A stretch of 64,000 nt of DNA from Macrostomum lignano (taxonomy: Eukaryota), in the NCBI GenBank assembly GCA_002269645.1, contig NIVC01002151.1, positions 62,001-126,000 of the forward strand, given 5' to 3'. How positions within the stretch are numbered: position 1 is the first letter of the stretch; the number at the start of each line of letters is the position of its first letter. The notes under the pieces were generated by a model. The model was given only the letters and a program-made list of their open reading frames with translations. It did no database searches and was not told the DNA's origin. This document shows, in pieces, positions 53,161 through 64,000 of the stretch. Position numbers and translations under genes: made by a program.

Positions 53161-54928
53161 ACTTTCATTAATGATTCATAAATGATTTATTAAATGATTC
53201 ATATTTCCTAAAAGCCCATACATGTATGAGTCTATGTCTTAGGTTTTCTGTAGCTTTGGGACCAATGCAACAAGTGCGAATATAACTATGGTATCACGTG
53301 CAAGCACGAGGAATTCAAGCATAAACTACTAAACAACATGTACTTTAATAACTTGACGTTATAAACAAGCCTAGCTAACTTCGACACAGTTGAACAACCG
53401 GCCTAATGGCTGCTAGGATTTGATAAATAAAATTACTTGTATATTCAAAACAATCACGTGACTTCAATCGACAGCTATATATAGACTGTCTCGTCGTCAC
53501 ATGACTATAAAATCACGTGATCGTTGAAAAAAAATTGAATAAAGAAAACCAAAATTACGATTTACCAAATTCATTTTTTTCAAAAATCGTTAAAATGAAA
53601 TTACTTAGAAATCTGTTTTCGAAAAGTAATAACGTTTTTATTATAATTTCCAAATTCAAAGCAGAAAAAAAATCTGTAAACGAATACACATGCATAAAAA
53701 TTAATTTTCATTCCAAATCTGAACACAAAAGTATGTTTGATCACGGGCATAAGTTATAATTTATGAATCCGGAAAATGCGAAAAGAAGTGTGAACCACAT
53801 CGCACACGTGGGAAGCAAAAACCGCTGTCTTATGGAATTCTCAGCTGATGAAAATTGTTTTAAATTGTTCAAGTAGTGAAACAAACAATTTTCAAAAAGG
53901 TTAGACTAACACGCAGCACTAGTTTCTCAGATTACTAAAATTTTTGTTGCATATCACTAAAATTCATAATTAAAAAATAAACAATATAAAAAATGACAAA
54001 AAACGGTCTCTCATTAGCAACCTGAAATTTAATGATCATCCAGATCGGCAAGTTTTAACAAAAAAGTAAAAATTAGTGCGTTAGAGTACACGCTACTGTA
54101 AAATGGGCGATGAAATTGTTATAAAAACCTGATGCATCGAAACAGTTGTAGATAAGATCTCTCGAATAAATTTACAAGCAAACAAGTTTTGATTGAATAA
54201 ATGAACATTTTAAGTAAGAAGATAGGATATCTTTAACGGGTAGTTTCTATGATTTTCAAGAATCAAGCATTGTTTTCAGGAAAAAAACTTCGCGAAAATT
54301 GTCACTCTTTTACCTCAAGTAATCTTAGAGGTTAGTGTATAGGACTTGAGTGATGTGACAGAAATTTAGATTTAGGTTTAAATTTAGATCCGTGTTAAGT
54401 AGCTCGTATCTGTACTTAGTACTCTTTAGGATAACGAATAGCCAGCGCTGACGACAATTCTGCCCATTTCGCTGACTCCATGTATGAGAGCAGTTGCTGC
54501 TGGCATCCTTCATTATTCTATGGCCTACCCGAGCCTTAATGATTGTCCAAGGAACGCCATTATTCCAGGCTTCCAACGCGCATTTCAACCATAGACAAAA
54601 CAGTTTATTTAACAGAAGTTACGATAAATACACTCAGGCAATTGAGAATATGCTCGTGCATACATGTAAATATAAAATGTGCGTATAACCTGGCCCTGCC
54701 TTAGAAAACAGACCCTTTAAAGAGTCTTTAGTCTAGGAAAATAATAGTCTATGGTCGACCGTATACCCTCTAACTCTTCTCTTTAGTCTTTCTATCCAAG
54801 TTCTAAAATTGTCTATGGACAATCCTTTGAGACAATTCTAAGCGGTACGCAATGAAATCATCTATGCGGTACGGAATGATTGGTACGCAATGATCGCGGG
54901 ACTCGTTTAGGCCATAGAATAATGAGCG

Positions 54929-55009
54929 TGTGTAGTATGTATTAGCCTTGAATAATGATGGCTCCACTCGTGACAGCGATCATTATTCAAGGCTAATACA
55001 TACTACACA
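54929..55009. repeat. Perfect 31-bp inverted repeat with a 19-nt spacer
   Basis: tgtgtagtatgtattagccttgaataatgat ... atcattattcaaggctaatacatactacaca. Confidence 0.9.
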
Positions 55010-55224
55010 ATCTACCATTGTGCTGACGTCTATTGCCGAATTATCAGCTTGCTTGCCTTTTCCGTTAATGTCTATGGGCAAGACCGAATCGACTGCCAAG
55101 GAATTCTAAATCTAGCTTTAGAATTCCCTGCTACTGCTGTTAAAAATGGGAACTTTCAACTTGGCTGGGAAAAGCAATGCAGTTATCTATGAAGAAATAA
55201 GTCCGTCAGATCATTACACCGCAT

Positions 55225-58184
55225 TCACATCGAGTGCCGCAGGGCCGTGAGTAGCCATCGAAAGGCAACCCATTCTTTCGGCTCAACAAACGGTATTAAG
55301 CCCAGCCTGCTGGAGGCAAGATCTGGAAGATCGAGTTTCTGAATCCAGGACAGCAACTGGCCTCTGGCAATACCCTGGGTGACGATCAGCAGGATTGAAT
55401 CGCTGCTGGACTGCTGATGCACCATCTGCCACACGTGGCACAATAAATTGGCTTCGGCGGTCAGCGGCGCCGAGGCGTCGAAAATGTTGGTGACAATGTC
55501 CGCGCTCAGGAACAGCAGGACGGCTTGGATTGGCTGGCGGTGGCAGCGGCTGACAGGGAAATCCGGCTGCAGTTCGGGTTGGACCGCGAGATTGTAGAAA
55601 GTAAGTAATTTCACGTATCGCGCTTTATCTTGAACACTGTCTGGCCTTAAATCACTTCAGGTCACCCCCACTAAATACTGAAGCATCTTCCCCTTCTATT
55701 CTCCTATCAGTCTCTTGTATTCACTAGCTGCTTCACTCTCCCCTTCACTTTCTCCCTTTCACTCTCTCCTTCAATCGCCACTTCATTCTCCACTTCATTC
55801 TCCCCTTCACTCTCAACTTCACTCTCCATTTCACTCTCTCCCCTCCACTCTCCCCTTCACTTTCTCCCCTTCACTCTCCCTTTCACTCTCCCCTTCAATC
55901 GCCATTTCATTTTCCACTTCATTCTCCCCATCAATCTCCCCTTCACTCTCCCCGTCACTCCCCTTCACTCTCCCCTTTTCCCTCTCCTTCACTCTCCCCC
56001 CTCCACTCTCTCCCCTTCACTCTCCCCGTCACTCCCCTTCACTCTCCCCTTTCCCTCCCCTTCACTCTCCCCTTCACTTTCCTTCACTCTCCCCTTCACT
56101 TTCCCTTCACTCTCCCCTTCACTCTCCCCTTCACTTTCCCTTCATTCCCCCCTTCACTCTCCCCTTCACTTTCCCTTCATTCCCCCCTTCACTCTCCCCT
56201 TCACTTTCCCTTCATTCCCCCCTTCACTTTCCCTTCATTCCCCCCTTCACTCTCCCCTTCACTTTCCCTTCACTCTCCCTTCACTCCCCCCGCTTTATTT
56301 TTCCCTCACCCTCTCTCCTTCACTCTCCCCTTCACTCTCTCAAGTAAAGCAGTGGTCACCAAGCCGCCAGCTCTCACCAGCTCAATGCGATCAGCCGCAA
56401 TGCTTTCAAGTTGAATCTCGCAGAAATCAAACTTGGCCATCCAGTTGCCCTCTTGAGCTTGGAGCAGGCGGAGCAGCTCAGCCCGGGACTCGTTCCTGCC
56501 CGCCAGGCTGATGCACAGAGTCTGCCTGACTGTCGCCAGAAATCGTTGATGACGCTTCAGCGTTCTCCGTCCCTGTAGACAGTTAATGAGCAGCAGATCG
56601 CGAAGCAGCTCGTTCTTGGGTGGGTTTAAAGAAAGAAGTGGTCGATGACGCGTCAGTTGCGGCTGAGCCAGCGCCAGCAGCACCAGACGGCCGCACATTC
56701 GAAACGGGCCTTTGAATAAGGCGCGAAGTAGATCCACTACGGTGTTGCTGGCGGAGACGGCCGCGTGGAAAGCCTCCCTGAGAGTGACCTTTCGTCCGTT
56801 CTGCGGGAGCGTGTGACCGGCGTGATTATCTAATCTGCGACCAAAATTCATTCGCAACGTGTAGAGAAATGAGCAACAAGGTGCATTGGAGAAGGAGAGA
56901 GGAGTAGGAGAGAGGTAGAGGGGAAAGATTGAACAGGAGAGTGAAGGGGGGGAAGTAAAATGATGAATGAATGGAAGAGCATAAAAAGGAGAGAGTTAAG
57001 GGGAGAGCGAAGGGGAGAGTGAATGGTAAAAAGTGAAGGGGAGATTGAAGGAGAGAGTGAGGGGGGAAGAATGAAGGGGAGAGAGTGAAGGGGAGAGTGA
57101 AGGGGAGAGTGAAGGGGAGAGTGAAGGGGAGAGTGAAGGGGAGAGTGAAGGGGAGAGTAAAGGGGAGAGTGAAGGGGAGAGAGTGAAGGGGAGAGTGAAG
57201 GGGAGAGTGAGACGAGAGAGTGAAGGGGAGAGTGAAGGGAAGAGTGAAGGGGAGAAAGGGGAGGTGAGAGAGTGAAGGGGAGAGAGTGAAGGGGAGAGTG
57301 AAGGAGAGAGTGAGACGAGAGAGTGAAGGGGAGAGTGAAGGGGAGTGAGTGAAGGGGAGAGAGTGAAAGGGAGAGTGAAGGGGAGAGTGAAGGGGAGAGT
57401 GAAGGGAAGTGAGTGAAGGGGAGAGAGTGAAGGGGAGAGAGTGAAGGGGAGAGTGAAGGGGAGAGTGAAGGGGAGTGAGTGAAGGGGAGTGAGTGAAGGG
57501 GAGAGAGTGAAGAGGAAGAGTGAAGAAAGGAATTCCACCAGCTCTTACCCGTTCACTAGCAGATAAGAAGCTAAACATTTCCGAATAGCACAGTCGGTAG
57601 ACTTCAGCAGCAAATTTCCAGTGCTCGGCTCCAGTCAGATACCTATCCAGGTAGCTCCACAGTCCCGTGTAGTCATTGTTTCTAGGAAAAATTCGGCTAG
57701 GCTTTGCTTTGCGTAGCCTGCTAGGCAGGCAGGCTGCAGCCTCGTCACTGTTGTCCACTCGAAGAGCGATGTGCTTTAGAGGACTAAAGCAATGAGACTG
57801 CGAGAGTTCCTCAAGCAACACTGATATTCTCTTGAGGCAATCAATGCCTTGGACATTTAGGCATTGTTCCACAGCCAATGCTAAAGCTTCATCAATGGCT
57901 GTCTTTATCTGTCCAACGGTAAAGTCGGATTCGACTAGCAGTACCAGCCTGGGCTCCGAGTGACTGTTGTCTAATCTAGCAGGCAGCTCGCCATACTGCT
58001 TTGCATTCAGCGCCTCGATTGGGCAGTCAAGACCATGCTTGGTTGTTATATTGCTGCACAGGCACTGCAAGCCACCCTGGGTCCAGTACGAATTTATCTC
58101 TGCATGAAAATTATATAAAATTTCCTGCAGTTTAGGGTTGCTATCTATCAGATAGTGTAACCCAATGGTTAAATTGCTTGACAT
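55225..58184 (-). CDS. Uncharacterized protein (about 466 aa). Proposed exons 57549-58184, 56378-56800, 55225-55566
   Basis: Three complex-sequence open frames separated by repeat-filled GT-AG introns. Donors CGG|gtaaga and CTG|gtgaga; phase-0 acceptors ctcccgcag| and ctgcag|. Acceptor and start choices are less certain. No family recognised. Confidence 0.65.
55725..56340. repeat. 12-bp pyrimidine-rich minisatellite (TTCACTCTCCCC)n
   Basis: Direct reading. Confidence 0.93.
56990..57525. repeat. 12-bp purine-rich minisatellite (GTGAAGGGGAGA)n, the reverse complement of 55725-56340
   Basis: Direct reading. Confidence 0.93.
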
Positions 58185-59629
58185 TATTCATGCATAGTGT
58201 TTAGAGAACGAACAAATTAAACATTGATGAAGTAAATAGCATTCTTTTAAAGGTTAAACGGTAGAGATTGTTAAGAGCCATTATTTTTATTTTAGCTTCA
58301 AATTTGCCATATTGAAAGTCAGAATATTACAACAAACATAGGATTAAATACTCTTTTTCAATCTAATCAACTGCTAAAAGTATTTCTGTATTCACATAAG
58401 AATATCAATAGCTGATTAAATCCTATATACTATAGGCTTCTGAGCCCTAATAAAAGAGTTGCAATATTACCATGTTTAGTTTAATACTTAGATTGTAATT
58501 ATATAAACAAGGCATAGATTTCAATTTTACGATTTGCGATGCAATCAAAAATGACCAAAAAGTAATAGTCGAGATATTTTAAATCAAAAATGTAAACTTA
58601 AAAAGCATACAGAAGCAACATGGAACTAAAATAGTATTATTACAACAGTACCTTGTTGGGACGGAAAGCAAATTAATCAGGTTTGTTACGAAAGTTAAAT
58701 CTGTGGTTATTATTGCTAGAGAAGTTTAAACAATTTTTTGCTTTAAAAAACTGTATTAAATTTTATTTATAACATTGTTGGTAAAAACAAAATAGTTGTA
58801 CAATTTTTTAAGATTTGCTTATTCTCGTAGAGAAAATAACTCAAGATTTTTTGCGTCTAGATGGGATTTATCCGTTTAACATCACAAAAAATTCTACATT
58901 GAGCTTCCATTTCCATAAGTTCGTCCTTAGGTATAACTTACACTGGAGAATAAAACTGTCGCAGAAAGCGTTCCTTATTTTAGTACGTTTGACTAAAATT
59001 GCAGATTTTAAGGTCAAGTTTTTACATCTACATGTAACTGATGATATTTAGTTTGTTTGAATAATAAGAAAATCTAATGAATTTAAAAACTCAATTATCT
59101 AACTGTACATCATTCACCTTAAGTGTGTATTCGTCAGCCGGCTTGAGCGTGGTTGGTTGAAGCTGCAACCCTTGTTAATTGGCGGCAAGATTGATGAGAA
59201 GGGCGGCCGTGCTATGAAGATTTTTAGGGTGCTAGTTCGAGAGGCCGCAGATTACATGTGAATATACATGGTGTTGCGTATAGGGGATTGCGTTAACAAT
59301 TAAAAACTTTTGTCAGATACATATATGTGGTTATTTCATTTTGGTGTACTCGTACATGTTTTTGAAAAATCATGCGTATGCCATAGGTACGTGTACGATC
59401 GTAAATTCAAATCAATGCTATCAAATAATCAAATTAGCGATCAAGTTGAATGTGGGAGTTTCATGAATAGATTATTTGCGGATGTGACTCCAAATCTACC
59501 TGGACAGATTTTTATATATAAAGCTTCAATTTACATTCTGAATTCCTGTACAATTGATTGTTACTGCAGTTATTAGTACATTTATCCATAAATGCTTAAG
59601 TGCGAATATGTCTTGAATTTTATTGTTAC

Positions 59630-60311
59630 AGCATCAGGGGCTTTAGCACCATTGGCCTTTGGCACCAGGGGCTTTAGCACCAGCAGGCTTTAGCACCAGG
59701 GGGCTTTAGCACCAGGGGGCTTTAGCACCAGGGGGCTTTAGCACCAGGGGGCTTTAGCACCAGGGGGCTTTAGCACCAGGGGGCTTTAGCACCAAGGACG
59801 CCTTCACCAGGGGCTTTAGCACCAGGGGCTTTAGCACCTGCAGGGGCTTTAGCACCAGGGGCTTTAGCACCTGCAGGGGCTTTAGCACCTGCAGGGGCTT
59901 TAGCACCAGGGGCTTTAGCACCAGGGGCTTTAGCACCAGGGGCTTTAGCACCAGGGGCTTTAGCACCAGGGGCTTTAGCACCAGGGGCTTTAGCACCAGG
60001 GGCGCCAGCACCAGGGGCGCCAGCACCAGGGGCGCCAGCACCAGGGGCGCCAGCACCAGGGGCGCCAGCACCAGGGGCGCCAGCACCAGGGGCGCCAGCA
60101 CCAGGGGCGCCAGCACCAGGGGCGCCAGCACCAGGGGCGCCAGCACCAGGGGCGCCAGCACCAGGGGCGCCAGCACCAGGGGCGCCAGCACCAGGGGCGC
60201 CAGCACCAGGGGCGCCAGCACCAGGGGCGCCAGCACCAGGGGCGCCAGCACCAGGGGCGCCAGCACCAGGGGCGCCAGCACCAGGGGCGCCAGCACCAGG
60301 GGCGCCAGCAC
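59630..60311. repeat. 15-bp two-block minisatellite: (CCAGGGGCTTTAGCA)n then perfect (CCAGGGGCGCCAGCA)n
   Basis: Direct reading; the block switch is at about 60000. Confidence 0.95.
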
Positions 60312-60467
60312 GTTTAGACGCGCGTAAAGTTCCGACATGAGAGGCACAATTGCAGATGATATAGAGATACATAACTTTGCTATTTTTATTTTTTATTTCA
60401 CCGTAAAAGAATCACTCGTTTCTGTTTTATTACACAGGGAATTTAGGGCTACATACAATGATCTCAA

Positions 60468-60518
60468 CCCAGCCAATCAGAGCTCATTGGTTGGTTTCTA
60501 CATTCGCTCTATATATAC
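60468..60518 (+). promoter_or_regulatory. Putative core promoter of the SLC17-like gene: CCAAT box plus TATA-like element
   Basis: agccaatcag at about 60470 and ctatatata at about 60508, roughly 90-135 nt upstream of ATG 60606. Confidence 0.4.
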
Positions 60519-60605
60519 ACAGCAGTTCAACTGCACTCCGGACTGAATTAGCTGCCTGCGATACTGCAGATTTAATTTACCTTTCCGTCTATCAGTGCCT
60601 CCGGG

Positions 60606-63238
60606 ATGCAGCAGCGACGCGACCAGCTGCTGAGATGCTGTTGCTACGGCCCAGGCTACAAGCTCTACCTGATCGCCGGCCTGTGCTCACTCGGTCTGTC
60701 GGTTGTCATCGGGATGCGAGCTGAAATGGTGGCCATCATGGGCTATCTGGTTCGCAAGGGCAACTCGAACAGCTCAGCCTACACCAGTCTGGCTGACTCG
60801 AAAGGCGGCAGCAAGTTTCAGCCGAGCGCGCACACCGAGATGCCCTGGCGGAATGCGGCCAACGATCTCATTGAGAACTCGCTGTTTATTGGCTATTTCT
60901 TAGCGAGTCCGCTGGGAGGCTACTTGACTGTGCATCACGACAGCAGCCTGTTGCTGGGCTGTTCAGTGGCGCTCACCTGCGGATTGAACTTCTTTTTGCC
61001 ATTGGTTACTCAAATTGCTGCTAGCATATCTGTTAACATTGCCGTCATTGTGCTTTTGCGTCTGCTGCAGGTTGGTTGGCAGATCGAGGGATTGGGAAAA
61101 GAGTGACAGTTGAAGAGAGTGACAGTTGAAGATAGTGACAGTTGAAGAGAGTGACAGTTGAAGAGAGTGACAGTTGAAGAGAGTGACAGTTGAAGAGAGT
61201 GACAGTTGAAGAGAGTGACAGTTAAAGAGAGTGACAGTTGAAGAGAGTGACAGTTGAAGAGAGTGACAGTTGAAGAGAGTGACAGTTGAAGAGAGTGACA
61301 GTTGAAGAGAGTGACAGTTGAAGAGAGTGACAGTTGAAGAGAGTGACAGTTAAAGATGGTGACAGTTTAAGAGAGAGACAGATGGAGAGAGTGACAGATG
61401 GAGGGAGTGACAGTTGAACAGAGTGACAGATGAACAGAGTGACAGATGAACAGAGTGACAGATGAACAGAGTGACAGATGAACAGAGTGACAGGGGAACA
61501 GAGTGACAGGGGAACAGAATGACAGGGGAACAGAGTGACAGATGAACAGAGTGACAGATGAACAGAGTGACAGGGGAACAGAGTGACAGGGGAACAGAGT
61601 GACAGGGGAACAGAATGACAGGGGAACAGAGTGACAGGGGAACAGAGTGACAGGGGAACAGAGTGACAGGGGAACAGAGTGACAGGGTAACAGAGTGACA
61701 GGGGAACAGAGTGACAGGGGAACAGAGTGACAGGGGAACAGAGTGACAGGGGAACAGAGTGACAGGGGAACAGAGTGACAGGGGAACAGAGTGACAGGGG
61801 AACAGAGTGACAGGGGAACAGAGTGACAGGGGAACAGAGTGACAGGGGAACAGAGTGACAGGGGAACAGAGTGACAGGGGAACAGAGTGACAGGGGAACA
61901 GAGTGACAGGGGAACAGAGTGACAGGGGAACAGCTGGTGACACCTTGTCTCTCCCCTTCTCAGGGCCTCGCCGAAGGCTGTCTGGTGCCAGCCGTGTTCG
62001 GAGCGATGCGGCACTGGAGTCCGAGTTCCGAGCGCTCCACGCTGCTCTGTTTTGCTGTCATCGGAGTCTCGATGGGCCCCATGATTGGCCTGCCAGTCTC
62101 CCAGAAGGTGGAGACAGCTTGGGGCTGGGCGGTGGTGTTCTACATCTATGCCAACAGCGGCCTGATCTGGTGCGTGTTCTGGTGGCGGTTGGTGGACGAG
62201 AAGCCGACTAAGGATGTTCATCTGAGCAGGAGGGAGAGCGACTACTTGGAGAGGTCGATCGGATCCAAGGTGCGCTCGCGTGTAATACCTTAATTGAGCT
62301 GCGAGCTGCCCTGGATTCTCAGGTGTGGGGTTCTCAGGTGTGGGGTTCTCAGGTTTGGGGTTCTCAGATGTGGGGTTCTCAGGTGTAAGATTCTCAGGTT
62401 TGCAGGGGTTCTCAGGTGTGGGGTTCTCAGGTGTGGGGTTCTCAGGTTTGGGGTTCTCAGGTGTGGGGTTCTCAGGTGTGGGGTTCTCAGGTGTGGGGTT
62501 CTCAGGTGTGGGGTTCTCAGGTGTGGGGTTCTCAGGTGTGGGGTTCTCAGTTGTGGGTATTCTCAGGTTTAGATTCTGAGGGACGAGATTTTATGTGAGA
62601 AACTAACGAATTTAAAAACGTTATTTCATAGAGTTGAGACTTTAAACTATTAAAAAGCAATAATAAGTTTCTTCAGTTCTGAAATACTTGAGCTTCTTAG
62701 AATCTTCTGACCCCTTGACCACGCCGAAGCATCTGCAGACTTTTTTGTGAGAAATGAGAGATTTTTCTTAGAAATCAGCTGGAGGCCGGCAAGGAACGTG
62801 TATTTGTCATATATTGCCAGTGCATTATAGATGTAGTCATTTTAGTGCATACGAGAAATAACACGTCTCTTTACCGGCCTTTAGCTTCTTAAAAAATCGA
62901 GTTATAGCGACCTTCTGCTTCTGTCGTCCATGCTACCACTGAGCTAAATGTACTCTCTGATTAAATATTGTGATGTGCGTATAATCTTATTATAACAAAA
63001 ACTTTCAACCTGCAGGTACTCCGTGCTGACCGACGAATCCCGATTCCTTGGAAGTCGATTTTCACCTGCAAGCCTGTATTTGCTATCTTCATCACGTACG
63101 CGGCGGACGACTGGACATTCCAGATCAGTTCGGTGTGCATGCAGACCTACTATCACCAGATGTACGCCACCAGTGCCAGCGAGACCATCTTCCTGCTGTC
63201 ATTTCCGTTCTTGGCGAGGTCACTGTTTGTGCCCATTG
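60606..63238 (+). CDS. SLC17-family (sialin/VGLUT-like) MFS anion transporter, 3'-partial. Exons 60606-61070, 61964-62269, 63016-63238; continues beyond the window
   Basis: TM1 GMRAEM with the conserved Arg; GYFLASPLGGYL; LRLLQ-GLAEGCLVPA; WSPSSERSTL; WGWAVVFYIY; KPTKDVHLSRRESDYL; IPWKSIFTCKPVFAI. GT-AG junctions are in phase. Confidence 0.88.
61100..61932. repeat. 16-bp minisatellite grading from (GAGTGACAGTTGAAGA)n to (GAGTGACAGGGGAACA)n in SLC17-like intron 1
   Basis: Direct reading. Confidence 0.95.
62313..62570 (+). repeat. 15-bp minisatellite (GTGTGGGGTTCTCAG)n in SLC17-like intron 2
   Basis: Direct reading. Confidence 0.93.
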
Positions 63239-63638
63239 GTGAGTTAGTTATAATAATTTTTTACTCTTACAGAGATTACGTCATGCGACAGAATAGCAGC
63301 CAAGAAGGCCATGCAGCTTGCACCTGCATTGATGTGCACCACCACGAATCACGCTTGAATCTGTGCGCAAAAAAGTGCATTTGGAACAAAAAAGAAATAA
63401 TACTTTTGAGCCAGACTAGTAAATTATTAATACGCTTTTAATTGTCGTGACTTTCCCAGCCATGCCATTTCATTAGTTCACCTTCATTTGTCTGTGTTTA
63501 CTCTGTTTTCTCTCTCTGTCTAGCTCAATCTTGTTATTCTTATCTCTCTCTCCCTTGCTGCCTTCTGATTGGCTCTCTTTTCTCGCCTCTCTCTTCTATA
63601 AATACATCGGTTTTGGGCCCTTCTCCTCTGTCTCTGTA

Positions 63639-63746
63639 ATGTATCAGATTAAACATGCCTTTTGAGGGAGTTATGCCTTTTGAGGGAGTTTGAGGGAGTT
63701 TGAGGGAGTTTTAACTCCCTCAAAAGGCATGTTTAATCTGATACAT
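63639..63746. repeat. Perfect 34-bp inverted repeat enclosing short tandem duplications
   Basis: atgtatcagattaaacatgccttttgagggagtt ... aactccctcaaaaggcatgtttaatctgatacat. Confidence 0.88.
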
Positions 63747-64000
63747 AATCCATAGAAATAAAGACTTTCCGTGACAATATTTGCGTTCTCCGGGATTTTA
63801 TTTGGTAATATTCAAATGGTAATACCGACCTCAAACCCATAGAATATCTTATTTAAACTACTTTAATTTTGCGGGATGTATTCAGATAAATCCCGGAGCC
63901 ATACTTGTATGTCTATGGTTGAAGTTGGGGATGGGGTGTGGGGGCGAAGCCCCCACATTCTTACCATAGACAAAATTTCATTAAGAAATTTCTCGAGTCA

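Noticed and set aside
59754-60372. Elastin-like (GAPGA)n and (LAPLV)n ORFs
   Set aside because: The 15-bp repeat is open in several frames, with no synonymous variation, signal peptide or splice support.

Overview
Eukaryotic (animal) genomic DNA. GC-rich exons, AT-rich intergenic DNA, TTAGGG arrays and minisatellite-filled introns are consistent with a free-living flatworm such as Macrostomum (inference, not verified). By-eye splice-site and phase checking gives seven spliced genes: (1) a 93-aa neuropeptide precursor releasing four FADY tetrapeptides; (2) an AK5-like protein with two degenerate adenylate-kinase domains and a C-terminal IQ motif; (3) Pin1; (4) a septin-7-like gene; (5) a tetraspanin; (6) an orphan gene of about 466 aa; (7) a partial SLC17-family MFS transporter. 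Most introns longer than 300 bp carry their own tandem repeat, and several units resemble splice signals. Mobile DNA includes an 8.2-kb TIR-bounded element holding a 238-bp satellite, a decayed LINE that splits a minisatellite and is itself split by nested repeats, a decayed RTE-like LINE, a dispersed repeat with internal telomeric arrays, and MITE-like foldbacks. Most long ORFs in the supplied track are repeat artefacts. No rRNA, tRNA or CRISPR features are supported.
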